From a virus: 64,000 nucleotides of DNA. Below the pieces are notes generated by a model that was not told where the DNA came from, searched no databases, and saw only the letters and a program-made list of their open reading frames with translations. The stretch's first letter is position 1. Each line of letters begins with the position of its first letter. The stretch lies in the IMG/VR virus record IMGVR_UViG_3300002056_000074; one strand, 5' to 3'. The position numbers and the translations under genes were made by a program. Positions 41,184 through 50,046 of the stretch are shown here, piece by piece.

Positions 41184-41234
41184 TTAATATTACGCTTAAG
41201 GTGTAATATTATTTATTAGATATTTTTGGGGGGA

Positions 41235-41432
41235 TTATTCTCCACCACCTCCACTATCACCACCACCCCCAACACCACCAAATGAAGTAGAGTCCCCATA
41301 ATTGTTCCAACCACCCCATCCACCATACCAACCACCAACACCGCGTGTATAATTATTGGAGGATGTCTTTTTAGACTTTTTCTTTTTCTTTTTTTTCTTC
41401 TTCTTACCTTCGTAAAGATCTTCTAGATTCAT
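41235..41432 (-). CDS. Small Lys-rich, Gly/Trp-rich protein, candidate internal head protein
   Basis: MNLEDLYE-G-K10-...GGWYGGWGGW...GGGGE. Confidence 0.6.
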   Translation of the reverse strand: MNLEDLYEGKKKKKKKKKKSKKTSSNNYTRGVGGWYGGWGGWNNYGDSTSFGGVGGGGDSGGGGE

Positions 41433-41433
41433 G

Positions 41434-41925
41434 TTAGTTGCCCCGTTTCATATAAACTACAACTTGATTAGTTCCTGCAACTGGGCTTAGGCCATTTTTC
41501 ACTGGATATTCACCACCCTCATTATGAGCGGTATTTACCTTAAAGCCATGTCTTGAATATAAATCATAAAGATGACCAGATAATTTACCATTTTTATCTT
41601 GAGTTGCAAAAAAATCAAGTTTTTTAGCTCCGTTCGCAATAGCACTCTGCATAATACTATTACCTCTCCCACTGACTAATGAAAATACAGATACTAAATC
41701 ACCATCTGACTTCACCATATAACCACTTTTCCCGTCATTACTAAGATATGTTTTATATTTTTTATAATCACTTAATGAATAGTCAGTTAGCACATCCATC
41801 CCCTTGGATTTATTACTAGATTTCATATTTTTCTTAGCCTCATTTATGGCTTTATTGAAATCTTCTGCAGATGCTTCAGTAAATTTTAAGGGAGTATCGG
41901 ATTCAAATAGGTGTTGTAATTTCAT
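41434..41925 (-). CDS. GNAT-like acetyltransferase with MKLxxLFE N-terminus
   Basis: DLVSVFS..SGRGNSIMQSAIANGAKKLD...LYDLYSRHGF resembles GNAT motifs A and B. Confidence 0.6.
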   Translation of the reverse strand: MKLQHLFESDTPLKFTEASAEDFNKAINEAKKNMKSSNKSKGMDVLTDYSLSDYKKYKTYLSNDGKSGYMVKSDGDLVSVFSLVSGRGNSIMQSAIANGAKKLDFFATQDKNGKLSGHLYDLYSRHGFKVNTAHNEGGEYPVKNGLSPVAGTNQVVVYMKRGN

Positions 41926-41957
41926 AAGTATTTTAATTAATCTATTGGTGTATTCTT

Positions 41958-43619
41958 TTATTTATTATTTTCCATAATAAATCGTTGTTTACCACAGTCC
42001 CATATTCTATAAATTTCATTCCGGAGACAATTTTCATATTCCGTCTCTGTTGGATCAAACTCTTCACCCAATAATATTTCTAATTTCTTTCTACGAAAAT
42101 TGAATTTGTGCATTCGAGTTCGATCATAATAATAAAAGTAATCAGGAGCTAATGTATTATCTAGTATCCAACCAGTTTGTTCATATAAATTACCATCACT
42201 CCATCGATTATCTGCAAAAGATGTGAGTTTATTCCAAAGATTATTATTCTTAAAATACTTCAACAATTTAGAAAATCCCCCGACTACTCTATGAGATGTT
42301 GCATATCTATTCAATACAAAATTACCATTTTTATTATTCGTGAAAATCATACAAGCTACTAAATCACCATCATAATAAAGCCCATAATTGATAGAACTAG
42401 ATCCATCACCTTGAATATGATTATCATCTAAGAAAATTGTTTTATCCTTCTTAGGTACTTCCATAATTTCACATTTTCGAGCATATATTACTGGGCGATC
42501 ATCTTTATTGAGAAGTGATTTTAATTTGTTTTTAACCTGCTCATTTCTTTCCTTCCATTCATCTTCAAATATAGTTATTAATTGAATTCCTTTCTTTTTA
42601 CATTCTTCGTATTTACTATGATGATAATGCCTATATTTTCCAAACTTTTCACTGTGCCAGTAATTTCCACAATATTCAATTGCTAAATTATGAGATGGTA
42701 TGTAAATATCTAATTCTTTTGGTGGGATTATTTTCTTGGAATTTTGAATTGTTTCAATTCCTAATGATGTAATGAAATTATTAAGTATCTCCTCTTCTTT
42801 ATTATTGATAAAACATTTATTACACCCGACTCGCCCAGACAAATGACAATCTGGTGTTTGTTTAAAACTAATATTATGTTCAATACAAAAAATATCAACT
42901 TTTGTTTTCGAATTCTTATATGATTCAGGAGTATATATAAATCTAGTTGAACCATATAATGCATATGAATCACTAACAAATTTATCAAATGATTTAGTCA
43001 AATTTGCTATACTAGATAATCTGGAACATTTTGGACAACCATTACCCCTCATATGATTATTCGGTGTTTGTGAAAATTTTCCATGTATAGGACAAATAAT
43101 ATCTAATTTAATTTTCGCATCAACATATATCGAATCCTCATAACTATAAAAATTATTATGCTCATCATTTGAGCGGACAATAAATCGATTGAGTTTTTGC
43201 TCATTTGTTATTTTATTATATTTTTTCTTACGTCGAATATTACTTGAACATTTACTACAACCATAACCAGCCATATGTGATGATATTCTTTGCTTAAAAC
43301 TCCCATGCTTCGGACATTTAATATTTACATATGATTTGTTCGTTAGTACATCGGATTCACTTATTAAACTATAATCGTATATATTGTTATGAATTTTGTT
43401 AGATGTTTCTATAAACATTGATAGAGTAATAGACTTTCTATTTGTGCATTGTGGGCAATTTTGGCCCGCTAAATGAGCTGATGCACGTTGTTCAAAATCT
43501 CCATGTTTTCTACAGGTGATTATTAATTTTTTTCTACTTGTAGTGTATTCACAATTATCATACAAATATCGATTATTATGAACTTCATTTGCCCGTGTTA
43601 TAAACTCTTGAGTGTTCAT
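41958..43619 (-). CDS. Hef-like endonuclease #2: 4 Zn modules + PD-(D/E)xK + Mom-like GNAT domain
   Basis: Four CxxH..GCxxC-type modules; ELDIYIP..LAIEYCGNYWHS; TIFEDEW; NHIQG..NRYA..FADNRWSDG..RIWDCG. Confidence 0.8.
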   Translation of the reverse strand: MNTQEFITRANEVHNNRYLYDNCEYTTSRKKLIITCRKHGDFEQRASAHLAGQNCPQCTNRKSITLSMFIETSNKIHNNIYDYSLISESDVLTNKSYVNIKCPKHGSFKQRISSHMAGYGCSKCSSNIRRKKKYNKITNEQKLNRFIVRSNDEHNNFYSYEDSIYVDAKIKLDIICPIHGKFSQTPNNHMRGNGCPKCSRLSSIANLTKSFDKFVSDSYALYGSTRFIYTPESYKNSKTKVDIFCIEHNISFKQTPDCHLSGRVGCNKCFINNKEEEILNNFITSLGIETIQNSKKIIPPKELDIYIPSHNLAIEYCGNYWHSEKFGKYRHYHHSKYEECKKKGIQLITIFEDEWKERNEQVKNKLKSLLNKDDRPVIYARKCEIMEVPKKDKTIFLDDNHIQGDGSSSINYGLYYDGDLVACMIFTNNKNGNFVLNRYATSHRVVGGFSKLLKYFKNNNLWNKLTSFADNRWSDGNLYEQTGWILDNTLAPDYFYYYDRTRMHKFNFRRKKLEILLGEEFDPTETEYENCLRNEIYRIWDCGKQRFIMENNK

Positions 43620-43648
43620 TATGATCCATTTTCAAATTCAACATACAG

Positions 43649-43670
43649 AAAAGGGTCCAAATGGACCCCT
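43649..43670 (-). terminator. Intrinsic terminator after the tail tube gene
   Basis: Minus strand GGGTCC-ATTT-GGACCC followed by TTTTCT. Confidence 0.7.
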
Positions 43671-43716
43671 CTCTTTATATATTAAATCTATTATAACATA
43701 GATTTTATGGTTAATG

Positions 43717-44340
43717 TTAACTATATCCACCCAAGGCAGAACCAGCACCAGAATACCCGCCTAAGTCTTGACGCCAGTGATCAATACTCAAAGTCACCGT
43801 AATTTGAACTGCTTCAGAACTAGAATAATCCATATCACCATATTGAACATTCTCAAGGAAGCAACCTTCTAGTGTCATACGCTCAACAACCTCTGGCTCA
43901 TTACCAGTACTTGTTTGATCAGTTGCTGGACCAAGACCGCGACCACCATCTAGAAGTTCTAAGCGACATGCAAACTTGTAATGACTACCCTCGGCAGCGG
44001 CCCCTAGAAATGGACCGGCTGAACCAGTAAGCCACTGTTGATACTGGAGCTGCTGCTGAAGAACACGAGATGCTGTACTATTAATATCATCTTCCAATGT
44101 AAAATCAACTGGCTCAATCATATGTTTACCAGCAACAAAAGAACGCGAATTAAATCGATGCAATTCAATTTTATCGAAATTCAATGATGGGCGAGTGAAC
44201 GTCACAAGCTGATGACTCAATGGTAGGGAGTTTACACCACCTGCCATACCAACAAAAAATACGCGCCAGCGGTGCTGATGCTTCGGATGGAGAATTCCGT
44301 CTCCTACGCCGGGAATACCAAAATCATTCAATGTAGACAA
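43717..44340 (-). CDS. Tail tube protein (gp19-like)
   Basis: PKHQHRWRV, TRPSLNF, FVAGKH..EPV.FTLEDD, TLEGCFL..V.YGDMDYS; TTG start with GAGGA SD; TAAATA at 44384-44389. Confidence 0.88.
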   Translation of the reverse strand: MSTLNDFGIPGVGDGILHPKHQHRWRVFFVGMAGGVNSLPLSHQLVTFTRPSLNFDKIELHRFNSRSFVAGKHMIEPVDFTLEDDINSTASRVLQQQLQYQQWLTGSAGPFLGAAAEGSHYKFACRLELLDGGRGLGPATDQTSTGNEPEVVERMTLEGCFLENVQYGDMDYSSSEAVQITVTLSIDHWRQDLGGYSGAGSALGGYS

Positions 44341-44417
44341 AATTCTATCCTCTTAAACTAGACTGCTTAAATGCTTATAAAGATATTTATTAAATTGGTC
44401 TATTCTTGAAAGGTTTT

Positions 44418-45881
44418 TTACACTTTATCTCCGTAAATATATCTATTTTTCCCACAATCCCATAACCTATAAATCCCAAAATCTAAACAATTTTGGTATT
44501 CAGTCTTATCACTATCAAATGATTCCTGCATTATATTTTGTAACTGGCGTCTTCTAAAATTGAATTTATGATGCACTTTTCCCTTATAAAAATAACTATA
44601 ATCTTCAGGCAATACGCGATCTAATTTCCAACCAGTTTGTTCATATAAATTACCATCACTCCATCGCAAATCAGCAAATGAAATCAACCGATCATACGTA
44701 TAATTATGCTGTACATATTTTAACAATTTACTCAAACCACCAACTACCCGATGGCTCGTCGCATATCGATTAACAATAAAATCATTATCCTTTTTCTTTA
44801 ATCCGACACATGCAACTAACTCATTGTCGTATTGTAGTCCAATATTGATTGATGAATGTCCATCACCTTGAATATGATTATTATTGAAAAATATAGATTT
44901 TTCACCCCTATCAACTATAGTAATAGTTGTTTTGCGAGCAAATACAGTATGTCGATTATCTACACCCACAACTGATCGCAATTTATTTTTAACCAACTCT
45001 TTAGAATCAACCCATTCATTAGAAAATATAGTAATTAGTCTAATTCCCCTATTATTACAATCTTCTAATTTATTTTTGTGATATTTCCGATCTCTTAAAA
45101 ATTTTTCAGTATGCCAATACACTCCACAATACTCTATTGCCAGATTTAATTTAGGTAAATAAATATCAATTTGTTTTGGGGATATTATATCAAAACTCTG
45201 AGAAATGACTTTACCATCATATATACTTTTTATAAATTCCAAAACTTCATTCTCTTCATTAGAAAATGATTTTGAACATTTTGGGCAATTATGCTTATTT
45301 CTCAATAAATCATTAACTGCTGGATTAAAATACTCCCCACATTTTTTACATCCAGTAGATGGCTTATCGAATGATCCTATAAACTCACTAGTCCATTTAT
45401 CAAACATGAAAGTATTGGGTCTGTTCGTCTCAATATTTCTTATAGTATCAATAGTAGATCTTCTAGACTTTGATACCACATTTTTTCTATTACAACTACA
45501 ACCATGTCCCTTTTTATGATTTGATAGTAATTGAGTAAACCATGTATTGCAGGCGTTGCATTTTATATCTACTTTACTGCCATCAGACACATCGTTGGAT
45601 ATCCTAGAATAATCATATCGAAATTTTCCATGTTTTTTAACCGCAATATCGATGTGTTGTTTTCGCGTCTTCTTCTTTTTTTGAGTTCGATTATTTTCGG
45701 CGCAAGTAGGACAACCTCTACCTGATTTATGTGAATTTAATTGTTGAGTAAAATTTCCATGTTCAGGACAAATATTTTTAACAAGATCTTTAGTTGTTAA
45801 TTCCCTTGGCCATAAAGAATAATCATAAAAATTATTATGTTTTTTATGACAGTCTATCTTATGTTGTTCTGGAGTTTTCAT
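44418..45881 (-). CDS. Hef-like endonuclease #3: 3 Zn modules + PD-(D/E)xK + Mom-like GNAT domain
   Basis: QIDIYLP..LAIEYCGVYWHT; NHIQG; FADLRWSDG; RLWDCG. Confidence 0.8.
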   Translation of the reverse strand: MKTPEQHKIDCHKKHNNFYDYSLWPRELTTKDLVKNICPEHGNFTQQLNSHKSGRGCPTCAENNRTQKKKKTRKQHIDIAVKKHGKFRYDYSRISNDVSDGSKVDIKCNACNTWFTQLLSNHKKGHGCSCNRKNVVSKSRRSTIDTIRNIETNRPNTFMFDKWTSEFIGSFDKPSTGCKKCGEYFNPAVNDLLRNKHNCPKCSKSFSNEENEVLEFIKSIYDGKVISQSFDIISPKQIDIYLPKLNLAIEYCGVYWHTEKFLRDRKYHKNKLEDCNNRGIRLITIFSNEWVDSKELVKNKLRSVVGVDNRHTVFARKTTITIVDRGEKSIFFNNNHIQGDGHSSINIGLQYDNELVACVGLKKKDNDFIVNRYATSHRVVGGLSKLLKYVQHNYTYDRLISFADLRWSDGNLYEQTGWKLDRVLPEDYSYFYKGKVHHKFNFRRRQLQNIMQESFDSDKTEYQNCLDFGIYRLWDCGKNRYIYGDKV

Positions 45882-45902
45882 GCCCCTCGATTATAACACA
45901 AA

Positions 45903-46496
45903 TCAATCAGATTCTGGATTAACAACCTTTGGATCTTTTCCCTCAGCTGCAGTAGCCTCAGCCAATGCCTTTAATAAACTACTATGATTTACGATAATGT
46001 TGTTATTAGTAGTATTGTTATTTTTTTCCCGTGAAGCCTTTTTATCAGCCATCACAATTTTGTCCTTATTTGCTTTTTGATTACTACTATCCTTGGCACT
46101 ATCCAATGCAATTCGTAAATATTGTGCAGCAACTTCTAAATTTCTCGCCCTAAACCGACCCTCTACTAAGGCTGCCTCCTGCATTTGTGTTGAAAATGCC
46201 TGTAATCCCATATTGTAGATTTCTTGGAATTTTTCAGCATTTTTAGAGTCAATACTATCGTATATGGATTCGATATTAGGGGCGCGTTCCAAAACTCCAG
46301 ACATAGTTTTCTCATTGATATATTCTTCATCACTCTCTTCCAAAACTTCAATTTCTTCATCTCGTATCAATACTCTACTATCACTATCATTATGTTGATC
46401 ACCTTCCGCCACGATAAATGGATTGGCGGAAGGTGTAGATCCACGTTCAATATCTAACATATCTTCTAGTGGATGATTTTTAATTTGTTTTGTCAT
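45903..46496 (-). CDS. Probable terminase small subunit (gp16-like)
   Basis: Helical core with ARNLEVAAQ (cf. PRxYEV) and an NNTTNNNIIV..LLK tail typical of T4-like TerS. Confidence 0.6.
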   Translation of the reverse strand: MTKQIKNHPLEDMLDIERGSTPSANPFIVAEGDQHNDSDSRVLIRDEEIEVLEESDEEYINEKTMSGVLERAPNIESIYDSIDSKNAEKFQEIYNMGLQAFSTQMQEAALVEGRFRARNLEVAAQYLRIALDSAKDSSNQKANKDKIVMADKKASREKNNNTTNNNIIVNHSSLLKALAEATAAEGKDPKVVNPESD

Positions 46497-46519
46497 ATAT
46501 TTATTTATAACGAAACAAA

Positions 46520-46996
46520 TTATATAAAAATATCTTTTTCTGTAAGTAACCTAAATTCGATGCCTTTCTTATTACAAAACTCTTGAGCAGCGTGCCATTT
46601 ATCCATATTTGTTTCATAAGTTGAATGCTCATAAAGAAAGGTAGATTCCTTTTTTCTCTTGGTTCTTTTAGGTTTTTTAGTTTGGTTGAAGGGTTTTACT
46701 TCCCATAACGATTCCCTAATTTTCCCTCTCACATCAACATACTTAACATAGAAGTCAATATAGTATTTGTGCATCCTTCCAGTAGCCCGCTTAAAGTAAG
46801 GTATTGCTACAATTTCTGATCCCCAACGTAAAATCTTGGGATTGGTGTCTAGAAATTTACAAACATCCAATTCCCAACTAGACATAAACCAAATTTCATT
46901 TATATTACCGATATATTTTTGAGGATTTTTTGGTTTGTATAACCCTCTTGAAAATTTGGTAGTGTTTTTACCTGTGCGAGAACTATTTAAAGTCAT
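46520..46996 (-). CDS. Head completion nuclease (T4 gp4, TnsA-like)
   Basis: YKPKNPQKYIG..SSWE..D.NP.IL.WGSE..IPY..YYIDF..EVKP..KW.AA. Confidence 0.9.
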   Translation of the reverse strand: MTLNSSRTGKNTTKFSRGLYKPKNPQKYIGNINEIWFMSSWELDVCKFLDTNPKILRWGSEIVAIPYFKRATGRMHKYYIDFYVKYVDVRGKIRESLWEVKPFNQTKKPKRTKRKKESTFLYEHSTYETNMDKWHAAQEFCNKKGIEFRLLTEKDIFI

Positions 46997-48438
46997 TCAG
47001 AAGATACAGGAGAAGGTTGGTTTATTCCCGGAAATGTCGTTGATGTTGTATCTCCAGCGGTCAATGCAGATTTTACTACCTCAGCTTTAGATACTGGTTT
47101 TTTACCATCAGGATCAATAAATCCAGATGATGTATATAATATTGGATATTCAGCACCAACACCCTCACCCGAAAGCTCCAATAATCTATCAACTCCAAAT
47201 TTAGCGATGGGTATCTCAGGATTAATATAAAAATAATCATACTCAAAATCAAACGAGAACTCTTGGCCTGCACCGCTCTCTTCCATCGTTGCTTCAGACA
47301 ACTCAAAATTAGTGATCTTAGGATTTATCATATTATATGCAGTAATTGTGTTTGAGTTTTTACCAAATTGGTATATGGATATCTCTCTAACAATTGTCTT
47401 CCTATTTGCCAATAGCGTTCCGATTGATGATGATCTTAATGGGAAGATATCAGTCCTACTTGCTATTAAAGCTTCTGTATCTGGACGAGGAAATTCCATT
47501 CCAAAATTTTCAAGATCATTGACCGCAGCAGCATTATCACCAGAAATATTTGTTATTGGACTCATTGCCCTGACATACATTGCATAGAATGTTGCTGCAT
47601 TATTTTGTTGATCATCTATAAATCGCATGTTAATAGGATTAAATGTTGCCATGCGAATTGCTTTGGTTCGATAATTATAATAATTGGCATCTTCATAATC
47701 ATAAGCTATTCCGGGACGATTTGTTGATTTAACCATGAACGCCAATTCTGTTGCCACATTATTTTTCAATTTTATTTCTTTTGTTGTCCCAGATACATTA
47801 CTCGCAACTTCATCTCTAGTGGCACGATCAGTTAAATTTATACCAATCGAACTTGCATATTCAGCGTGTAATTTAATATCCACAATAAATTGAAAATTTT
47901 GTTTTGGTGCACGATCAATCAAATCTACTGCATAGGGAGACGGGTTACATTGAAATTTTTCAAGTTCTCTCTCTGCAGAATTGCCTTCCACTGGATCACG
48001 AAATATTTTAGAGGCTATACTTTCTAAATTTTGAAAATCCTGTATCCTATTTGGTATATCAGCAAAAGTAAATCGGCCATTCTGTACATCACTAGCCAAT
48101 ACTTTTGCTGCGCCTACTGCACCATTAACTGCACCGGGATCAAATTGAGCAACAGAGTTTTGTACCTCTTGGTTTAATCCCATACTACTAAGTATATCAT
48201 TGGCGGTATTACCTATAACAGTACCTCCTATACCAGAACTACCGCCCGTGCGTAATGCATTAGATGAATCCGCTAGTGTTTGGAGCGTCTCTCTAATCTT
48301 TCCACCACCTCTACCGAAATCATTGAGAACTTCCAATTTTCCTACCGCACCAGCAGTGCCTAAGAGAGTACGTTTTCTGGTCTGAAGGGCGTTATTTCTT
48401 GCTGTTTCAGCGGGGCAATTGCATCTATAATCTGTCAT
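46993..48438 (-). CDS. Tail-tube-fold baseplate/tube junction protein (gp48/gp54-like)
   Basis: PK..F.F, VKS..RP, N.YN, F.PI..RF.DD, F.FEYD tube-fold pattern; position next to sheath and gp4. Confidence 0.55.
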   Translation of the reverse strand: MTDYRCNCPAETARNNALQTRKRTLLGTAGAVGKLEVLNDFGRGGGKIRETLQTLADSSNALRTGGSSGIGGTVIGNTANDILSSMGLNQEVQNSVAQFDPGAVNGAVGAAKVLASDVQNGRFTFADIPNRIQDFQNLESIASKIFRDPVEGNSAERELEKFQCNPSPYAVDLIDRAPKQNFQFIVDIKLHAEYASSIGINLTDRATRDEVASNVSGTTKEIKLKNNVATELAFMVKSTNRPGIAYDYEDANYYNYRTKAIRMATFNPINMRFIDDQQNNAATFYAMYVRAMSPITNISGDNAAAVNDLENFGMEFPRPDTEALIASRTDIFPLRSSSIGTLLANRKTIVREISIYQFGKNSNTITAYNMINPKITNFELSEATMEESGAGQEFSFDFEYDYFYINPEIPIAKFGVDRLLELSGEGVGAEYPILYTSSGFIDPDGKKPVSKAEVVKSALTAGDTTSTTFPGINQPSPVSSE

Positions 48439-48452
48439 AGTAATTATTTATG

Positions 48453-49901
48453 TCAATTGTTATTAATTACGAAACGCAGTTTTCCACAATCCCAAATTCG
48501 ATAGATGTTATTCCGTGAACAATTTTCTTGCTCAGATTCATCTGGATTAAATGCTTCACCTAACATTACTGCAAGTGCCTTGCGCCTAAAATTAAATTTA
48601 TGTTTTCGCTCACCACCATAGAAATAAAAATAATCTGGCCTAAGTTCACTTTCCAAATCCCAACCTGTTTTTTTATATAAATTACCATCACTCCATCGCA
48701 AATCAGCAAATGAAATAATTTGGTTCCACTCATGATTTCGCTGGAAATGTTTAAGTAAGCGACTACTTCCACCGGGAATTTGCTTAGAAGTTGCATATCG
48801 ATTTAAATAATAATCATTATTCTTAATATGCTTAAATGTCATACAGGCAATCAATTCATCTTCATAATATAGCCCATAAGAAAATTTTCCCTGACCATCA
48901 CCCTGAATATGATTTTTATTTAAAAATGTCTTTCGGATTTTATTATTAATTGGCTTAATTTTACATAATCTGGCATATATTTTATCCCTATCGTCAATTT
49001 TAAGAAGTGATTTGAGTTTTGATTTAACTTGGATGTTTCTATCATCCCATTCATCTTCGAAAATAGTGATTAATTGAACACCTTGCTTCTTACACATCTC
49101 ATACTTATTTTTATGATAATGCCTGTCCTTACCATACTGTTCGGTGTGCCAGTAATTACCACAAAATTCAATTGCCAAATTATGGTCTGGAATATAAACA
49201 TCCAACTCGTATGGAGATATTAATAATCTATCAGATTCGATTATACTAACATCGAAGGATTTAATAAAATTAACTAAATCCTTCTCTTTTTTTGATTTTT
49301 TATTCATACACTTAATACACCCAACACCAGATAAATGGGAAGATGCCCGCAATTTAAATATACCGTGGTTTGGGCAGGTAACACTAACAAATTCTCTTGA
49401 ATTGATATATTCCGTTAAAGTATAATCATAAAAGTTATTATGTTTAATGTTTGATGCCTTAACGAATGCCTGTGTGTTACTTTTTGGTATTCCTCTACCC
49501 AATTTAGTTCTTGCTATAATAGAACATTTATTACAACCATGACCATCTCTGTGATCTCTGGGTATTTGTGTGAATCTCCCATGCTGTTTACATTTTATAA
49601 TAACTGGTGTAATGGCATTCTTATACACTACTTCACTATAATCATATACATCATTATGTACTTTTTTGGCCAATTCTATCCACTCTTCAGTAGTTAATTT
49701 TTTAACACCTGCACAGGCAGGACAAGTGGCTGTTAAATTTATATGATTTTTTGCTAGTTGCCAAAAAGATCCATGTACTGGGCAAATAATCTCAATTTTT
49801 TCAGTTGATTTGGTATAAACCGATTTAGAGTAATCATAAAAGTTATTATGCCTTTTATTTGCCTTATCTATCCACTCCTCAGTAGTTAATTTCTTTGTCA
49901 T
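48453..49901 (-). CDS. Hef-like endonuclease #4: 3 Zn modules + PD-(D/E)xK + Mom-like GNAT domain
   Basis: KKLTTEEWI..YDYS..CxxHG..CxxC repeats; ELDVYIP..AIEFCGNYWH; RIWDCG. Confidence 0.8.
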   Translation of the reverse strand: MTKKLTTEEWIDKANKRHNNFYDYSKSVYTKSTEKIEIICPVHGSFWQLAKNHINLTATCPACAGVKKLTTEEWIELAKKVHNDVYDYSEVVYKNAITPVIIKCKQHGRFTQIPRDHRDGHGCNKCSIIARTKLGRGIPKSNTQAFVKASNIKHNNFYDYTLTEYINSREFVSVTCPNHGIFKLRASSHLSGVGCIKCMNKKSKKEKDLVNFIKSFDVSIIESDRLLISPYELDVYIPDHNLAIEFCGNYWHTEQYGKDRHYHKNKYEMCKKQGVQLITIFEDEWDDRNIQVKSKLKSLLKIDDRDKIYARLCKIKPINNKIRKTFLNKNHIQGDGQGKFSYGLYYEDELIACMTFKHIKNNDYYLNRYATSKQIPGGSSRLLKHFQRNHEWNQIISFADLRWSDGNLYKKTGWDLESELRPDYFYFYGGERKHKFNFRRKALAVMLGEAFNPDESEQENCSRNNIYRIWDCGKLRFVINNN

Positions 49902-49904
49902 TTA

Positions 49905-49971
49905 ATGAACTTCTCTTTTGAATATACCTATTCTAGCACCTATTTAGACTATCTTCAAAAGAAAAGTTCAT
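49905..49971 (-). promoter_or_regulatory. Start-occluding inverted repeat with nested sigma70-like and late promoters
   Basis: 18-nt arms 49905-49922 and 49954-49971 (one U-G); TTGAAG-17-TAGAAT with TG extension, and CTAAATA in the loop. Confidence 0.75.
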
Positions 49972-49978
49972 AGAAATT

Positions 49979-50013
49979 AAAAAGTCCCCTATTATAAAAA
50001 TAATAGGGGACTT
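49979..50013 (-). terminator. Intrinsic terminator after the tail sheath gene
   Basis: 14-bp perfect stem (plus strand AAGTCCCCTATTAT-AAAA-ATAATAGGGGACTT) ending in a short U run on the minus strand. Confidence 0.8.
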
Positions 50014-50046
50014 CTCTCAAATACTACTTACGGCAATGACTTATAC

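Noticed and set aside
46520-46996. TnsA-like nuclease as evidence of a Tn7-like transposon
   Set aside because: Matches T4 gp4 head-completion protein in a structural context; no tnsB/tnsC or terminal repeats
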